A stretch of 63,252 nt of DNA, filler included, from Stramenopiles sp. TOSAG23-2 (GCA_900128395.1; 35 parts of 35 records of this genome joined end to end with filler, not necessarily neighbours in it), one strand, 5' to 3'. Shown: positions 23,647-36,397, counted from the whole stretch's first letter. Notes: generated from the sequence alone by a model not told the origin. A program made the numbers and translations.

Positions 23647-24135
23647 TTGTTTGAAGATGTGCGGTATAAAAATGAAAAAGATAGATTTGCAAATTATCGG
23701 AATAAAGTATTTGCAAATCGAGTAAATAGTAAGAAAACAGAAGGATATCGAGAACGATTTATTCAATTAGAGAAAGAAGGACAACGTACTGCTTTCCTTC
23801 GTGAAAAAGCACGTGTTGCTGCTAATTATTTAAGAAAAGAAGCATATGATAAACCAATCCGTGAAAGAGGAGCGAAGGAATACGAGGTAAGCTTAAAATC
23901 AGGTGGCGGCAAAAAAATTGTGAAAACACATTTTGATCATAGAAAACATCAATGGAAACAACAGATTGGAATAAAAGAATATAAAGAAGCAATGCAACGA
24001 CGAGGTCATAATAAACTTATGATGTCTCCAGATTACATACGCGTGTTTGGTGTGCAACCTAACATGGGATGGAGTATTGACAGACGACGACAAGGTAGAG
24101 GTAGAGATTCAACAAGTACACGGTTGTTTGGGTGA
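23647..24135 (+). CDS. C-terminal fragment of a basic helical protein, unknown
   Basis: Open from the contig edge for 162 aa with protein-like composition. Confidence 0.55.
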   Translation: MFEDVRYKNEKDRFANYRNKVFANRVNSKKTEGYRERFIQLEKEGQRTAFLREKARVAANYLRKEAYDKPIRERGAKEYEVSLKSGGGKKIVKTHFDHRKHQWKQQIGIKEYKEAMQRRGHNKLMMSPDYIRVFGVQPNMGWSIDRRRQGRGRDSTSTRLFG

Positions 24136-24444
24136 AAGAAGATGTACTATTATAATGTATTTTTTTATTTTATTTTTTTCAAAAAATTTAAAATATTATT
24201 TGTGTGGTGCATAAAAAATTAAAAATTACGTAATATTCTCGTGTATTTGTTTAAATATATAAAAAAATATGATATATATAAGCACATAACGTGTTCTCTT
24301 TTCCTTATATATATGCATATAATATATACTTTCTGTATTTTATTCGAACATGATTAATTCAAATTTTTAATATTTTTTTTATTTTTTTTTTATATATAAT
24401 ATAAAAAATTAAAAAATAATTTTGTATTACACACCACATCTCTC

Positions 24445-25358
24445 TCATGAAAGAAAGGTTTCAACATTTATTCCAGTATCTTTTTCCATCAAAAGTTCCG
24501 TCTGTGCTATCTCTTCGATTAAACGTACCGCACGTTGTACAGGATACTTTGGTATTCCTACTTTATTTAACTGTTTGCTAAATTCATCATTTTTATTATA
24601 ATTATTATTATCATTTCCTTCCTTTTCATTTAAAATCATCAAGTTTTGTTTTTTGGCAAAATAAGTATTTAAATCATTCGAATTATTTAGAAATGAAATT
24701 AAATTAAATCGTGCAAAAACGCCGGGAGATTTTAATCGTGTGCTTGGTGGGCCCACAAAACAGGATGGGACACCAATACTGACACTCAAACTACTACATG
24801 TACTACTATGTGATACGCTAAGGTCAGATACTTTTGTAAATATTGCTGTTGAATATTTACTACGATCCAAGATTTTAACATTAACACCAGCATCTCGAAA
24901 AATTTCTTCTTCAAATTTTGTATCTTTTATACCTGGATGTCTTATAAATGCAAATTTAAAGATGTTTCCATTTGTCGCTGCTGCTGCCTTTGCAAACATT
25001 GTAACCGAATCTGAATATGAATTATCACCATCTAAAGTATCGACATAACCACCATAATACAACACACATATACTATTGCTAGAAGTAGATGTTGCACCGT
25101 ACGCATATGATCGAATATTAAACATTTCCTCATTTGTTAATTTGTTTGTTTCATGCCTCCAACTAAGCATATTAATATCTCCACTACAATTTAATTTGGT
25201 TGTATGATCCTTCTCATCAATAAGCTCCTCTGCTTCTTGTTTCCTAGCCTTGCACGTGAACCATATCTCATGAAAAGATTTTGAAGAAAGAAATGCAGCT
25301 CCGTAAGTTTTATTAAACGAATAATATCCATCACGAAATGCTATACAATACCATTGTC
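24445..25358 (-). CDS. Putative GT-B-fold glycosyltransferase-like protein, 5' partial
   Basis: RHPG and DLSVSHSSTCSSLSVSIGVP resemble the xHP and STxxxEAxxxGxP motifs of GT-B C-terminal domains; the frame appears open upstream of ATG 25170. Confidence 0.45.
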
Positions 25359-25869
25359 NNNNNNNNNNNNNNNNNNNNNNNNNNNNNNNNNNNNNNNNNN
25401 NNTTAATTAATTAANNNNNNNNNNNNNNNNNNNNNNNNNNNNNNNNNNNNNNNNNNNNTTCAGTTTTTGTAAAAAAAAAAGGGCCAACCAAATTGAACTT
25501 TATCCGTAATACCTGGTATCACAGGTGCATCAAGACATATTTAGTGGCCTAAAAAGCTGGCATGCTGGCGGCATGCTGGAATGCCAGGAAGAATGCTAAT
25601 GCTATTAATATACTACCAGGTATAAATTTAAAAAAACAACAACAAAAAAAGAAACAACACCACCTGGATGGAACCAGAGAGAACACAACAAAAAAAGAAG
25701 TGCACAAAACTACTTAATAGTAGCTATGTATATGCACGTATCTATTATTTATTATTTGGAAAATTTTAAATCTATAAGAATATTTGGTACTGGACATATT
25801 TATATTCAAAAAAAAAGACAAAAATTATTCATTATAGATCACCGTATGCCTAATTATCGTTTTATTAAA

Positions 25870-27172
25870 ATGTTATTGGATGTATTTGCTTCTTTAGTAT
25901 TATTGTTATCATCAAATGTTTTGATGGTAGCATCTAGTGAAAACCAAGTTCCAGTTGAAATTGCCAGGGTCGTAGGAAATGCTTTTTTAGAAAATGAATT
26001 AACATTTATAAACTGGGAAGGAGGATTTCAGTATGGTCCAGCAATAGTAGTAGACGGCCTATATGAAGCGTTAGAAATATTAGATGATGAAACAAAATCG
26101 AGTTGGGAAGATCAGTTGTCGGCAATATTGAATCATTACTTTGAAGTCAATAATGAAAATACTATTCCGTGCAATCAAACTTGTCCATATGGCAAATGTT
26201 TAAAATTTCGAAGTTGTGCTTTTGATATATTAAATACCAAAATGCCACTATCGGATTCTATTTTCCGTAATGTTGGTGATCTAATGAATTTGTTTCCAAT
26301 TGGGTATTTACGTAGGTATGACTTAAACAATAAACTATATGCAAGCGATTTAGAGTTGGCAAAGATAACTGTAAATAAATATATATTACCATTTCCACTG
26401 CGTACATTTGATGGGACTTTCTCTCGGGAAGGTGGGTTCAATAATAAAGATGAAGAAATTTATTACGACGACAGTAATAATGAGGATGGAAAAATTGCAC
26501 CATTTTTATGGGCGGATGATCAATTTATGGGTCTAACGCTAATGGCACGTTTGAGTACTACTGCAACACCTACGATAACGGATGAACAAAGATTACAAAT
26601 GGTAAGCTTCATTTCAAAAATGCAATTACGATTCATCAAACATATTTATGATCATGATCATGATGGTTTGATTTATCATGGAACCTTTTTAAATGAAAAT
26701 ATGAAGAAATACTCATGTTGCAAATGGGGTAGAGCAAATGGTTGGGGGGCCATGTCGCACATGGAAGTTTTGAAAAGTTTGGAACAATTTCCAAATCACC
26801 CCGATCGTTCAAAAATATTACAATCATACCAAACTTTTATTGATTCAATGTTGAAATTCCAAGACGAAATTACCGGTCGATGGCGACAGGTGATAAATGA
26901 GACCTCTACTTACTTAGAAACATCTGTTACGGCAATGATGGTTACTGCTATGGCAACTGGGATTAAAATGAAGTGGTTGGTATCAAAAGAAAATTCAATT
27001 TACAACTATACTGATGTTACATTGAAAGCTTGGCATGGCTTATTGACACAAATTGAAAAAAATGGAACTGTAAATAATGTTTGCATGGGTACCGGAATCC
27101 AAGCTAATTTTACTCATCATAATGAGAATTCGAATCGCAAAGTAAATGAGGCTGGTAGTATGATTGAAGAAA
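25870..27172 (+). CDS. Secreted GH105/GH88-type unsaturated glycuronyl hydrolase, 3' partial
   Basis: Signal peptide from ATG 25870; LWADDQFMG, WGRANGW, GRWRQV, YLETSVTAM, VCMGTG. Confidence 0.88.
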
Positions 27173-27360
27173 NNNNNNNNNNNNNNNNNNNNNNNNNNNN
27201 NNNNNNNNNNNNNNNNTTAATTAATTAANNNNNNNNNNNNNNNNNNNNNNNNNNNNNNNNNNNNNNNNNNNNTATATATATATTATCAATCAACCAATCA
27301 TCAATAATAACATATGCTAACACACATATACACACACACATTAAATTCATATATACATAG

Positions 27361-28985
27361 GCAAAACGCGATGATGCAAAGAAACAAATTGCAGAGTTTA
27401 CTTCAAAATTAATTAAACAATCGCAAATTGATTTTACACGTACTGCTTTACAAGCTGCGGAAGATGCAGAAGGAAAAGCAAAGAAAGAATTTCAACGTGA
27501 AGAAGCAATTTTTCATCATGATATGAGCCATTTAGAAGCTGTGAAAAATGAAAGCACACGTATCATTGGATTGTTAAATGGACATTATATCAATAAACAA
27601 AATATTGAACAAGGTGGTGGTCTAGTGAAACCAAAAGCAACGTTAAGTGAAAACGATGATTTACAAGATCTTATACCAAATCCAGCACGTGGACATGTTA
27701 ATATTGGTTTACAACAAACAAGCAATAAAAAAGCAGAAGTGAAAAAAGAACAAGCTAAAAAGAAAGTGAAAGATACCAGTGCACCAGCGATTGTTAAGAG
27801 TAAAAAACCAGCAAAACCAATCCCAGTACCAAAAGCAGAAACAAACAATGTAGTTGCATTATTACAAATGGCACAACATAATGGTTTAGGTGATTATGAA
27901 CATATCATCCGTCATTTACAACAAAAACCAGTGGTTGCAACGATGGAGGAGAAAAAAAAAGCAACAACGAAAGTACCATATCAAAACCCAGACAAAAATT
28001 CGCCAAAATATCATGCACGCGTACCAAGTACGGAAAAAGAGGAAAGTACAGAAAAAGAAATGAGTGCAGATTCAAAAGCAGAGAAAGGACGTGTGAAGGA
28101 AGAGGAAGATATTAAACAAGCAGATGGTAGTAAACTTAATCCAAATGCGGCTAAAAAATTGAAATTAACTGCATTAGGTAAAAAAGTAAACGTTGGTAAA
28201 GATGTTGGTGGACATGTCATTGCAGCAATGACGAAATTACATGGTTTCATCTCCGATCATTCAAACAATAGGGAAGAAGCATTTGAATTGGCAACGAAAC
28301 ATGTACGTACAGAATTAGCACGTGCACGTAGTGAAATGAAACGTTTAACTGCATTAATTGCTGATTATGTGAAAACAAATGCTGCATTACAAAAAAATAT
28401 CAACGATTTCAAACAATTGGTTACACAAAATCAAATGCAAATTGATCAATGTAAATTGGATAAGGAACGTGGCAAACTTGGCGAATTGGATGCAAAAACA
28501 AAAGTTACCCATATCTTAGCTGATTTAAAGAAATTAACTAAATCATATAAAAATGTTGTTGGTGATTTTAAAAATGAAAGGAGTACAGCTGAATATGTGA
28601 TTAAAATGGTCAAATCAAAAATAGTGAAATTACGTAAATTTTTAGAAGTTGCAAAGAAACGTGAAGAATTAAAGAAAAAAGTAGTAGCAGAGAAATTTGT
28701 CGATCCTGATTTACCACTATACCATGGATTGAAAGAGGCATTGGAATGCGACCCAAATGCATCCCCAGAGGAATGGTGTAAATCACCAAAAATGATGGTA
28801 CGATGTGGCGTAACGAAAGAATCATGTGATACTTTCCATTTCCAAAAATTAGCGATGCCACCACATGCAACACCAGAAGCAGATCAAGCTACGAAAACTG
28901 ATTGGAAAACAACTAAATATAAGGAATACAAAGCTGGGCAAACAACCGTAGATGCACGTAGTGAAGCAGAGAAGAAAAGGGACCT
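27361..28985 (+). CDS. Long coiled-coil protein exon with a small Cys motif, partial
   Basis: Frame opens after a likely intron acceptor (atacatag|gca, 27360) and stays open to the contig end; SPEEWCKSPKMMVRCGVTKESC is saposin-A-like. Confidence 0.6.
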
Positions 28986-29086
28986 NNNNNNNNNNNNNNN
29001 NNNNNNNNNNNNNNNNNNNNNNNNNNNNNTTAATTAATTAANNNNNNNNNNNNNNNNNNNNNNNNNNNNNNNNNNNNNNNNNNNNT

Positions 29087-29823
29087 GTAGTTGAAGAAAT
29101 ACATTATAAAAATGTACAATTTGCACGTGTTTGGTTGACCAGATTTCAAGCAAGAAATGCTTTAAACAACGAAACCTTGCAAGATATTGTGGATGGTTTT
29201 ACGTTCTTGCAAACTCAATTTCATTTAAATGTTGTTGTACTGGGTGGTAAAGGAAAATCGTTTTCGGCTGGTGCTGATTTGAAAGCTAAACCGGGCCAAA
29301 AGAAAGTACTGTTAGGGAAAAACGTTATAACGTCCAATTAGGTAGAAGAGCGATAGCTGCTATTGAAAATTTAGAAGCTATCACGATAGCACGTGTACAA
29401 GGCCATGCTGCAGGAGGTGGGTTTGGATTATTACAAGCATGCGATATGCGAATTGTCGTTGAAAATGCACGCCTTTGGTTCCCTGAGGTGGATATAAACT
29501 TACCATTGACCTGGGGTTTAACAGCACGTGCCATCCGCGATCTTGGGAGAGCTAAGGCAATGGAATTAATATCCATGGGAAATGATTTACCTGTTATAGA
29601 TGCTTATAGGTTAGGACTTGTAAATAAAATCGCAAAAGATGAAGCAGACCTTGATATTATAATCAAAGATATGGTTGTCACACTTGGGAACAAAAATGCA
29701 AGTACATTGCATTTCATAAAAACACATTTTAAACAATTGGATAATATGGTTGATTTAGGTAGGGCTACTGATACAGATAATGATTATTTATTGTACAATC
29801 GAATGTTGGATGCAAGTTTATAA
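29087..29823 (+). CDS. Enoyl-CoA hydratase/isomerase (crotonase) family, 5' partial, -1 frameshift at 29290-29338
   Basis: RNALN and SFSAGADLK in frame 0; TIARVQGHAAGGGFGLLQACDMRI, FPEVDI and AYRLGLVN in the -1 frame. Confidence 0.85.
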
Positions 29824-30005
29824 AAAAATGTATATATATATGATATATATGATATACCTATAAGTTCGTATACTGTGTTCCAAATATTTTACAACCTGTG
29901 TGCGTCTTTTGTTTATATATTTATGTACGACGAACACGTAATTATATGTCTTTTTTTTTTAAAAAAATCTGTACGCAAAGTATCTCTCTACTCACCCACC
30001 CTCTC

Positions 30006-30796
30006 TTAAACATTACCATACAAACAAATATTTCTTCCAGAAAAATTCAATGTCGTCTGTTTTACTTTTTCTGGATCTTTTTCCATTAAATATTGAATGA
30101 AATCATTAAACTTTGAGACGTCATTTCCATTTTTTAATTTTCGATTTTGAAATAATTTAGGAAATACACAGCATGGAACAATTGCAAATGGTTTATTTTC
30201 CTTCAATGCAAAATCAACACTGCATTTTGACATTTTATTAGATAACATATATACTTGTTCATCTTCTGATTTTAACTCTTCATTAAAATATAATGATCTT
30301 GAGGCAAAAATACTTTTTTTCTTTTTACCATTATTTGTATTATTATTATTTACATTATCATCATCATTTTTTGTTGTATTATTGCTGCTGAGGATATTAA
30401 CATTACCATCATCACGTGTATGACTTATTGGTAAAGGATATTCAAACCAACATCTATTATGTTTAGGCAATAATAAATTAGAATATATATGTACTATTGA
30501 CGATATATTCTCACTAAAATCATTGCCAACATCATTTCCTATGTTTCTTATTTCAATTTTTTTCACCGTACCATCAGTTCTTCGTCGTATGCGATCAATA
30601 TGTCCCCTTGTTAATCGTTTTAACATACCAAATATATTATATGGTCTTGGATCAACAATTGTAATATTTTTTATACGTCCATATGCTAAAAGTTCATATG
30701 CTAATTCACCTTTTCCACATAGCAATCCATCTAAACCAGAATATCCATAAGAAGATATACGTTAAAATAGAACAACAGTCTTTATTCTTCTTAAAT
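30006..30796 (-). CDS. SAM-dependent methyltransferase-like conserved protein, 5' partial
   Basis: GKGELAYEL, IVDPR, VDFAL, KPFAIVPCCVFP, F.GRN motifs. Confidence 0.6.
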
Positions 30797-30896
30797 NNNN
30801 NNNNNNNNNNNNNNNNNNNNNNNNNNNNNNNNNNNNNNNNTTAATTAATTAANNNNNNNNNNNNNNNNNNNNNNNNNNNNNNNNNNNNNNNNNNNN

Positions 30897-31876
30897 ATGG
30901 TAATAACTCAATTTTAAATGCAACGCAATCGATTGATTTTTCAAATGTATATGTAACCCAGTTAGATGATACAGCGATGATTATGAATGAAAAATTAAAT
31001 AAAGGATTGCATTTAGTAATTTCACCGGGTATTTATCACCTTGATCAACCATTAGTGATAAATAAACCAAATCAAATTATATTAGGTCTTGGATTAGCAA
31101 CACTTGTCTCAGCAAAACAAAATATATTAATATCTATTGGTAGTATTGATGGTGTTCGAATATGTGGATTAATTTTGCAAGCTGGGCCTGCTGCGAATGG
31201 TATTTCAGCACCAACATTATTAGAATGGGGTAGAACCGATTCATATCATGCTGGCAATCCACAAAATCCAGGATTCCTACACGATGTGTTTGCAAGGGTT
31301 GGTGGACCAGATGGGACTTCATCAAATCCTGTAGCAGCCAATTCAATGGTTCATATACGCAATGGTAATGTTATTGGTGATAATATGTGGTTATGGAGAG
31401 CAGATCATGCAGACGGTGGTGCCGTTACGTATGATAGCAATCCTTGCGACAATGGTATGGTAATTGATGGAAATGATGTTACAATGTATGGATTAGCTGT
31501 TGAACATACAGAAAAAGATTTAACAATATGGAACGGAGAAAATGGTCACACCTATTTTTACCAATCAGAGCTTCCATATGGCGTAACACAAGAAGAATAT
31601 GGTAATTATGTAGGATATCATGTTGCCAGTAATGTAAAACAACATGCTGGATATGGAATTGGTGTTTATTCTTTTTTTCGCGATCATAATGTTACTGTTA
31701 AATCAGGTATAAAAGTTCCACATCAATTAGAATCAAATTTTGTACATCCTTTCACAGTATTCTTGAACGGACATGGTGGTATTTTACATATAATAAATGA
31801 TAAAGGCAATGCAAGCACATATTCAAAGCAGAAGATAAGTGGTGGTAATGTGCATTATTTGTGTGATTTTAATTAG
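30897..31876 (+). CDS. GH55 exo-beta-1,3-glucanase (laminarinase), bacterial-type, C-terminal beta-helix; 5' partial
   Basis: PGIYHL, LGLGLATL, DVFARVGG, DNMWLWRADH, YGLAVEH, WNGENG.TYFYQSELPY. Confidence 0.85.
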
Positions 31877-32147
31877 TTAATTACTCTCTAAGGAAATTTA
31901 ATATCATACTAGTAAAAATTAAAAAAAGAGAGGAAAAAATAGTTTTTATTTTTACGATTTTTAATATTAGATAAAAAAGTACGAGTATTTTTTTTATACG
32001 TATTATTTTTAACATCGCATTTCTTTAAAAATTGACAACGAGTACCATACATATCATTAAATATATTGCATTACGAAAGTACATCTTAAATAATTATCAC
32101 ACCACACTCTATAAATTTAATTTTGTGAGTTTTTTCTTTTCTTCGTT

Positions 32148-32426
32148 TTAATCTGCTGAACGGATTGATTTTTTATCATTTGGATGATGCAATTTTTTAT
32201 TTTCTTGTAAAGAACCTATTGGTTGTATAATCGGTACTGATGGTCCTGCTGGATATGATGGCATTGCTGGTGGAAATCCAGGTGACCATGCTTTGTTTTT
32301 ATTTGCTTTTACTATATTCTTGTTATCCCTTGGTGGAGTAAGACCAACTGTCACTTCTATTATCATTATTTGTACAAATATTGATATCAAACATATCCAT
32401 TTAAATATATGAAGATGAATATGCAT
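32148..32426 (-). CDS. Small putative secreted Pro-rich protein
   Basis: 92-aa ORF with ATG, hydrophobic leader and Pro-rich core inside AT-rich flanks. Confidence 0.45.
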   Translation of the reverse strand: MHIHLHIFKWICLISIFVQIMIIEVTVGLTPPRDNKNIVKANKNKAWSPGFPPAMPSYPAGPSVPIIQPIGSLQENKKLHHPNDKKSIRSAD

Positions 32427-32886
32427 TTTCTATTATTAATTTATGGAGAGTTATACCAGATAAAAATCTATTTATTAAAGTTATGAATAATAAAATACGT
32501 TATTTTGTAATATTTTATTTTTTACAAAACATATAAATAATGTATGAAATACGACACGTATCTTATATGTATGTGATAAGAAGCGTTTGCGCGTTCGTAC
32601 CTGTGANNNNNNNNNNNNNNNNNNNNNNNNNNNNNNNNNNNNNNNNNNNNTTAATTAATTAANNNNNNNNNNNNNNNNNNNNNNNNNNNNNNNNNNNNNN
32701 NNNNNNAGTGTGCAGTGAGCTAGAGTAAAAAAGCAATTTACAAGCGAGGTACAGAGCACACACACGCGCACAATTTATATCAAAAACTTTTAAAAATATT
32801 TTTAATAAAAACATATGCATACAACTAAAAAAATTTAGAGTAAAAAATGTTTTAATCTCATAGTGTGTAAAACACCCACAGACAAT

Positions 32887-34140
32887 TTAGTTATCATTCT
32901 CAACCCATCGTCTCTTCTTCGTCATTGTCCCGGCGGTGGTATTGTTATTATTATTATCACTATTATCATTTGTATCTTTTTCTACCCATCTACGTTTCAT
33001 TCCTCCTGCTTTGCTGACATTCTTACCATTACTTCTATTACTGCCACCACCACGACGTTTAAACGCATTCCATTCTTTAGAGACACTTTGACTGAAATCA
33101 ACTTGAATTCTTCTATCATCAATTTTAACATTATTCATCTTTAAATATGCTTCATTGCATGATTCTTCATTTTCATATTCTATAAATGCATATTGTAAAC
33201 TATCCCCAGTTTTCCAATCACATACAACATGGCAAGATTTTATATCACCAAATCTTGAAAATATCAATTCCAAAGCATCACTATCAGTAATTGAATTTAA
33301 TTTACATACAAATAAAACTGTTTCAGGTGGTTTCGTATCAACTGTTGGTAAATCCCCTAAAATTTCTAATGTTTTTGCAGCACTATCTGCATTTTGTTTT
33401 TCCTTTATATTTATCTTTGTGTTGGAATTGGTACCATTAGATGTTTCAACATGAGTACTTGTATTCCCATGATGATTTTTCTTGTCATTATTATGTTTGT
33501 CGGCTGTATTATTTAATTTTTTCCATGATACACGTGGTACAACAATTTCTTCTTTTGGTCGATAGTCCCCATTATTATTATTATCAAGAATGAATGTTGT
33601 TTTATCAACTACAACATTATTACTAGGTATTGCAAATGGATCATCAATAACATGTGCTTTTAAGATCCGTATATCGGCTAGGGGACGCCCATCATTATCG
33701 GTGGGCATATTATTTAATTGTTGGATGATATTATTTGGATCTTCTTCTAAAGAACCAAAGGCTGTATACTTCCCATCAAGATAATCTATTTGACGACGTA
33801 AAGTTATATAAAACTGTGAGCCATTTACTTTTGCATTATTTGTCACATCAAAATTATTATTTAATTTATGAGAATAGCCTAATATTCCTACTTTATCATG
33901 TTTAACATTTGTTGGCAATTCTCTAGGAAAGAGCCCCCCATCAAACGAATCGCTGACTTGCCCAGTACCAGTACGGTCACCGCTTTGTACTATAAATGAT
34001 TTTTCCAAGTTATAAAATAAACACCCATTATAAAATCCACTTTTACATAATTGTATAAAATTTTTACATGCTACCGGGCAACGTTTGGTATATAAATCAA
34101 ACACTACATCACCAAGTGACGTTTCAAAATAGATGGACAT
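32887..34140 (-). CDS. PPIL4: Cyclophilin-RRM peptidyl-prolyl isomerase (PPIL4/CYP59)
   Basis: MSIYFETSLGDVVFDLY, GSQFYITL, LEILGDLP...KPPETVLFVCKLN, GDSLQYAFIEY, KMNNVKIDDRRIQVDFSQSVSK. Confidence 0.93.
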   Translation of the reverse strand: MSIYFETSLGDVVFDLYTKRCPVACKNFIQLCKSGFYNGCLFYNLEKSFIVQSGDRTGTGQVSDSFDGGLFPRELPTNVKHDKVGILGYSHKLNNNFDVTNNAKVNGSQFYITLRRQIDYLDGKYTAFGSLEEDPNNIIQQLNNMPTDNDGRPLADIRILKAHVIDDPFAIPSNNVVVDKTTFILDNNNNGDYRPKEEIVVPRVSWKKLNNTADKHNNDKKNHHGNTSTHVETSNGTNSNTKINIKEKQNADSAAKTLEILGDLPTVDTKPPETVLFVCKLNSITDSDALELIFSRFGDIKSCHVVCDWKTGDSLQYAFIEYENEESCNEAYLKMNNVKIDDRRIQVDFSQSVSKEWNAFKRRGGGSNRSNGKNVSKAGGMKRRWVEKDTNDNSDNNNNNTTAGTMTKKRRWVENDN

Positions 34141-34516
34141 AATTGCTCTCTCCACACACGTGTATGTTGTTATATTATTGTTGGTGCAAATCGGGGAGCA
34201 GGAGGAAGGAAATAATAACTCTACAAATATATTTAGACGATGTTGTTATGTATAATAAGAATGATATATATATTGTACTATAATTAATTTGTAAAAAAAC
34301 AGTATATGTTGTATTATATAGGGAGATTGTAGTTGGTAGTATATAAATATATAAATATATCTTAATTATTACCATATCGCCATCCCTTCCACTTGTTGAT
34401 ACCCGTTTGATCCATCNNNNNNNNNNNNNNNNNNNNNNNNNNNNNNNNNNNNNNNNNNNNTTAATTAATTAANNNNNNNNNNNNNNNNNNNNNNNNNNNN
34501 NNNNNNNNNNNNNNNN

Positions 34517-35811
34517 TAGAAATTGCAACTGGTGAAACACCAAATTTTAAAAGACGAGTTTCTCCACGTTGGGCTGGTGCGCATGAATTGACACCCTCTT
34601 TATCTATATTGACAAGTTCATTCTCCAATTCATTTAATAGCGTTGATTCAAATATAGACATGTTAGAAGGTGGAAGTGCTAGGCAAATTTTAAGTGATGA
34701 TTTATTAAGTCCAATAGTAAATGTAAGAAAGTGGCAAAAATGTTACGTTGTACGTAAAAATAAAGTTGAATTTACCATGTATTTGGAATCATCGAAACGT
34801 GTCTTGTTAACCGCGAGGAAAATAGGGGATACCCTTTATTTATCATGTTACAATGATTTTCCAGAAAATATTGGGGATATACCATTGGAAGGGGCAGGGG
34901 CAAAACCTGGTAATGATCGTGGAACAAAATATAATATGGCTGCAGTCTGTGCATTAATTAGGTTACATAAGAAAAAAAAACGATATACATTATATTCGCG
35001 AAGTTGTGAATTATGTGATGGCGTTTTATCGCGTTTCACATGTGGTGCTGATAGCCCGGTCAATGGAGATAGGCAATTATTAGCGGAAATTGAACATGAA
35101 GTTGTTCATATACCAAGAGCTGGTACGGTATGTCGACGAATTGCTGTTGAATTGCCATATGTACATTCTCGCGATAAATCAAGAGTAGTATGGTGCCCAC
35201 GTTCAGGTACTCCACGTGATAAAGCAAGGAAAGAATCGCTTGTAGCACTTGGAATGCTAGATGCAGAACCAGTACGTGTAAAACGGTCGGATTCTGGATC
35301 AGATGCGTTGCGACAAATTGTTAAGAAAACCACGCCAAAAAATAGCAGTAGTAAAAGCGGATGGGATGATGACGAGGATAATAATAATCTTAGTAGTAGT
35401 GGTAGTAGTAGCAGCAATAATAATAATAATGATAAAGAAGTAAATGCACCATCAACGACGACGATGAGGACACCGAAGAAAGTAGATATAAATGATAGTT
35501 GGCAAGATGATAAACATAAAAATCGTTTATTATTAATGAGCAAATTGCCTAAATGGAATGATCGCGTTGAAAGTTTTTGTATGAGTTTTCATGGGCAACG
35601 TATTAAAGTAGCATCCTCTAAAAATTTTGTTTTTGGTACGAATCAAGGTAAAACAAGAGAAGAAAAAGATTCTCCTGTCTTACAATTTGGCAAACAAAGT
35701 GAAAATGGAAAACGTTTTGCATTGGATTTTCGTTATCCAATGGCTCCAGTACAGGCATTTGGTATATTTTTGACAGCATGTAATTGGTGTGGACCAAAAC
35801 AAAAAGATTAA
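34517..35811 (+). CDS. Tubby-like protein, 5' partial
   Basis: KLPKWND, FHGQRIKVASSKNF, LQFGK, FALDFRYPMAPVQAFGI. Confidence 0.9.
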
Positions 35812-36397
35812 CAATCATTACGTCGAAATGTGGTATGTATTTTATTTATTTTTGATCATATTTTGAATGAGATTATTTCATATTTATATTTAGCTTATAA
35901 AACAAAAATATATAATCTAAAAACAGAAATTTACGAAGTATTATTTTTATTTTTATTAAAAAGAGTGGAGCGAAAGAATACTGATACAGATGAAAAGTGA
36001 AAGAGAGAGAGGAGAAAAAAATACGAGTACTGTGAGGTGCGTATCTGTTTTTCCACACGCACACACGCGCTATTCATTAAGTGTGTTGTATTACGAAGTA
36101 CTAGCATATTATTATATAATATATGATACCATCTATTTTACCTTCATTGGTTTTCTCTATTATATGGGAATATCAACACATTAGTGTGAGATAGATTATT
36201 TCAGTTATTGTATTCTTTTGAANNNNNNNNNNNNNNNNNNNNNNNNNNNNNNNNNNNNNNNNNNNNTTAATTAATTAANNNNNNNNNNNNNNNNNNNNNN
36301 NNNNNNNNNNNNNNNNNNNNNNAAATGGGGAATATATGGCGAAGAAATAAGCTACTGCACTATTAAACGATTAATATACCAGACCATTCTTTCATTA

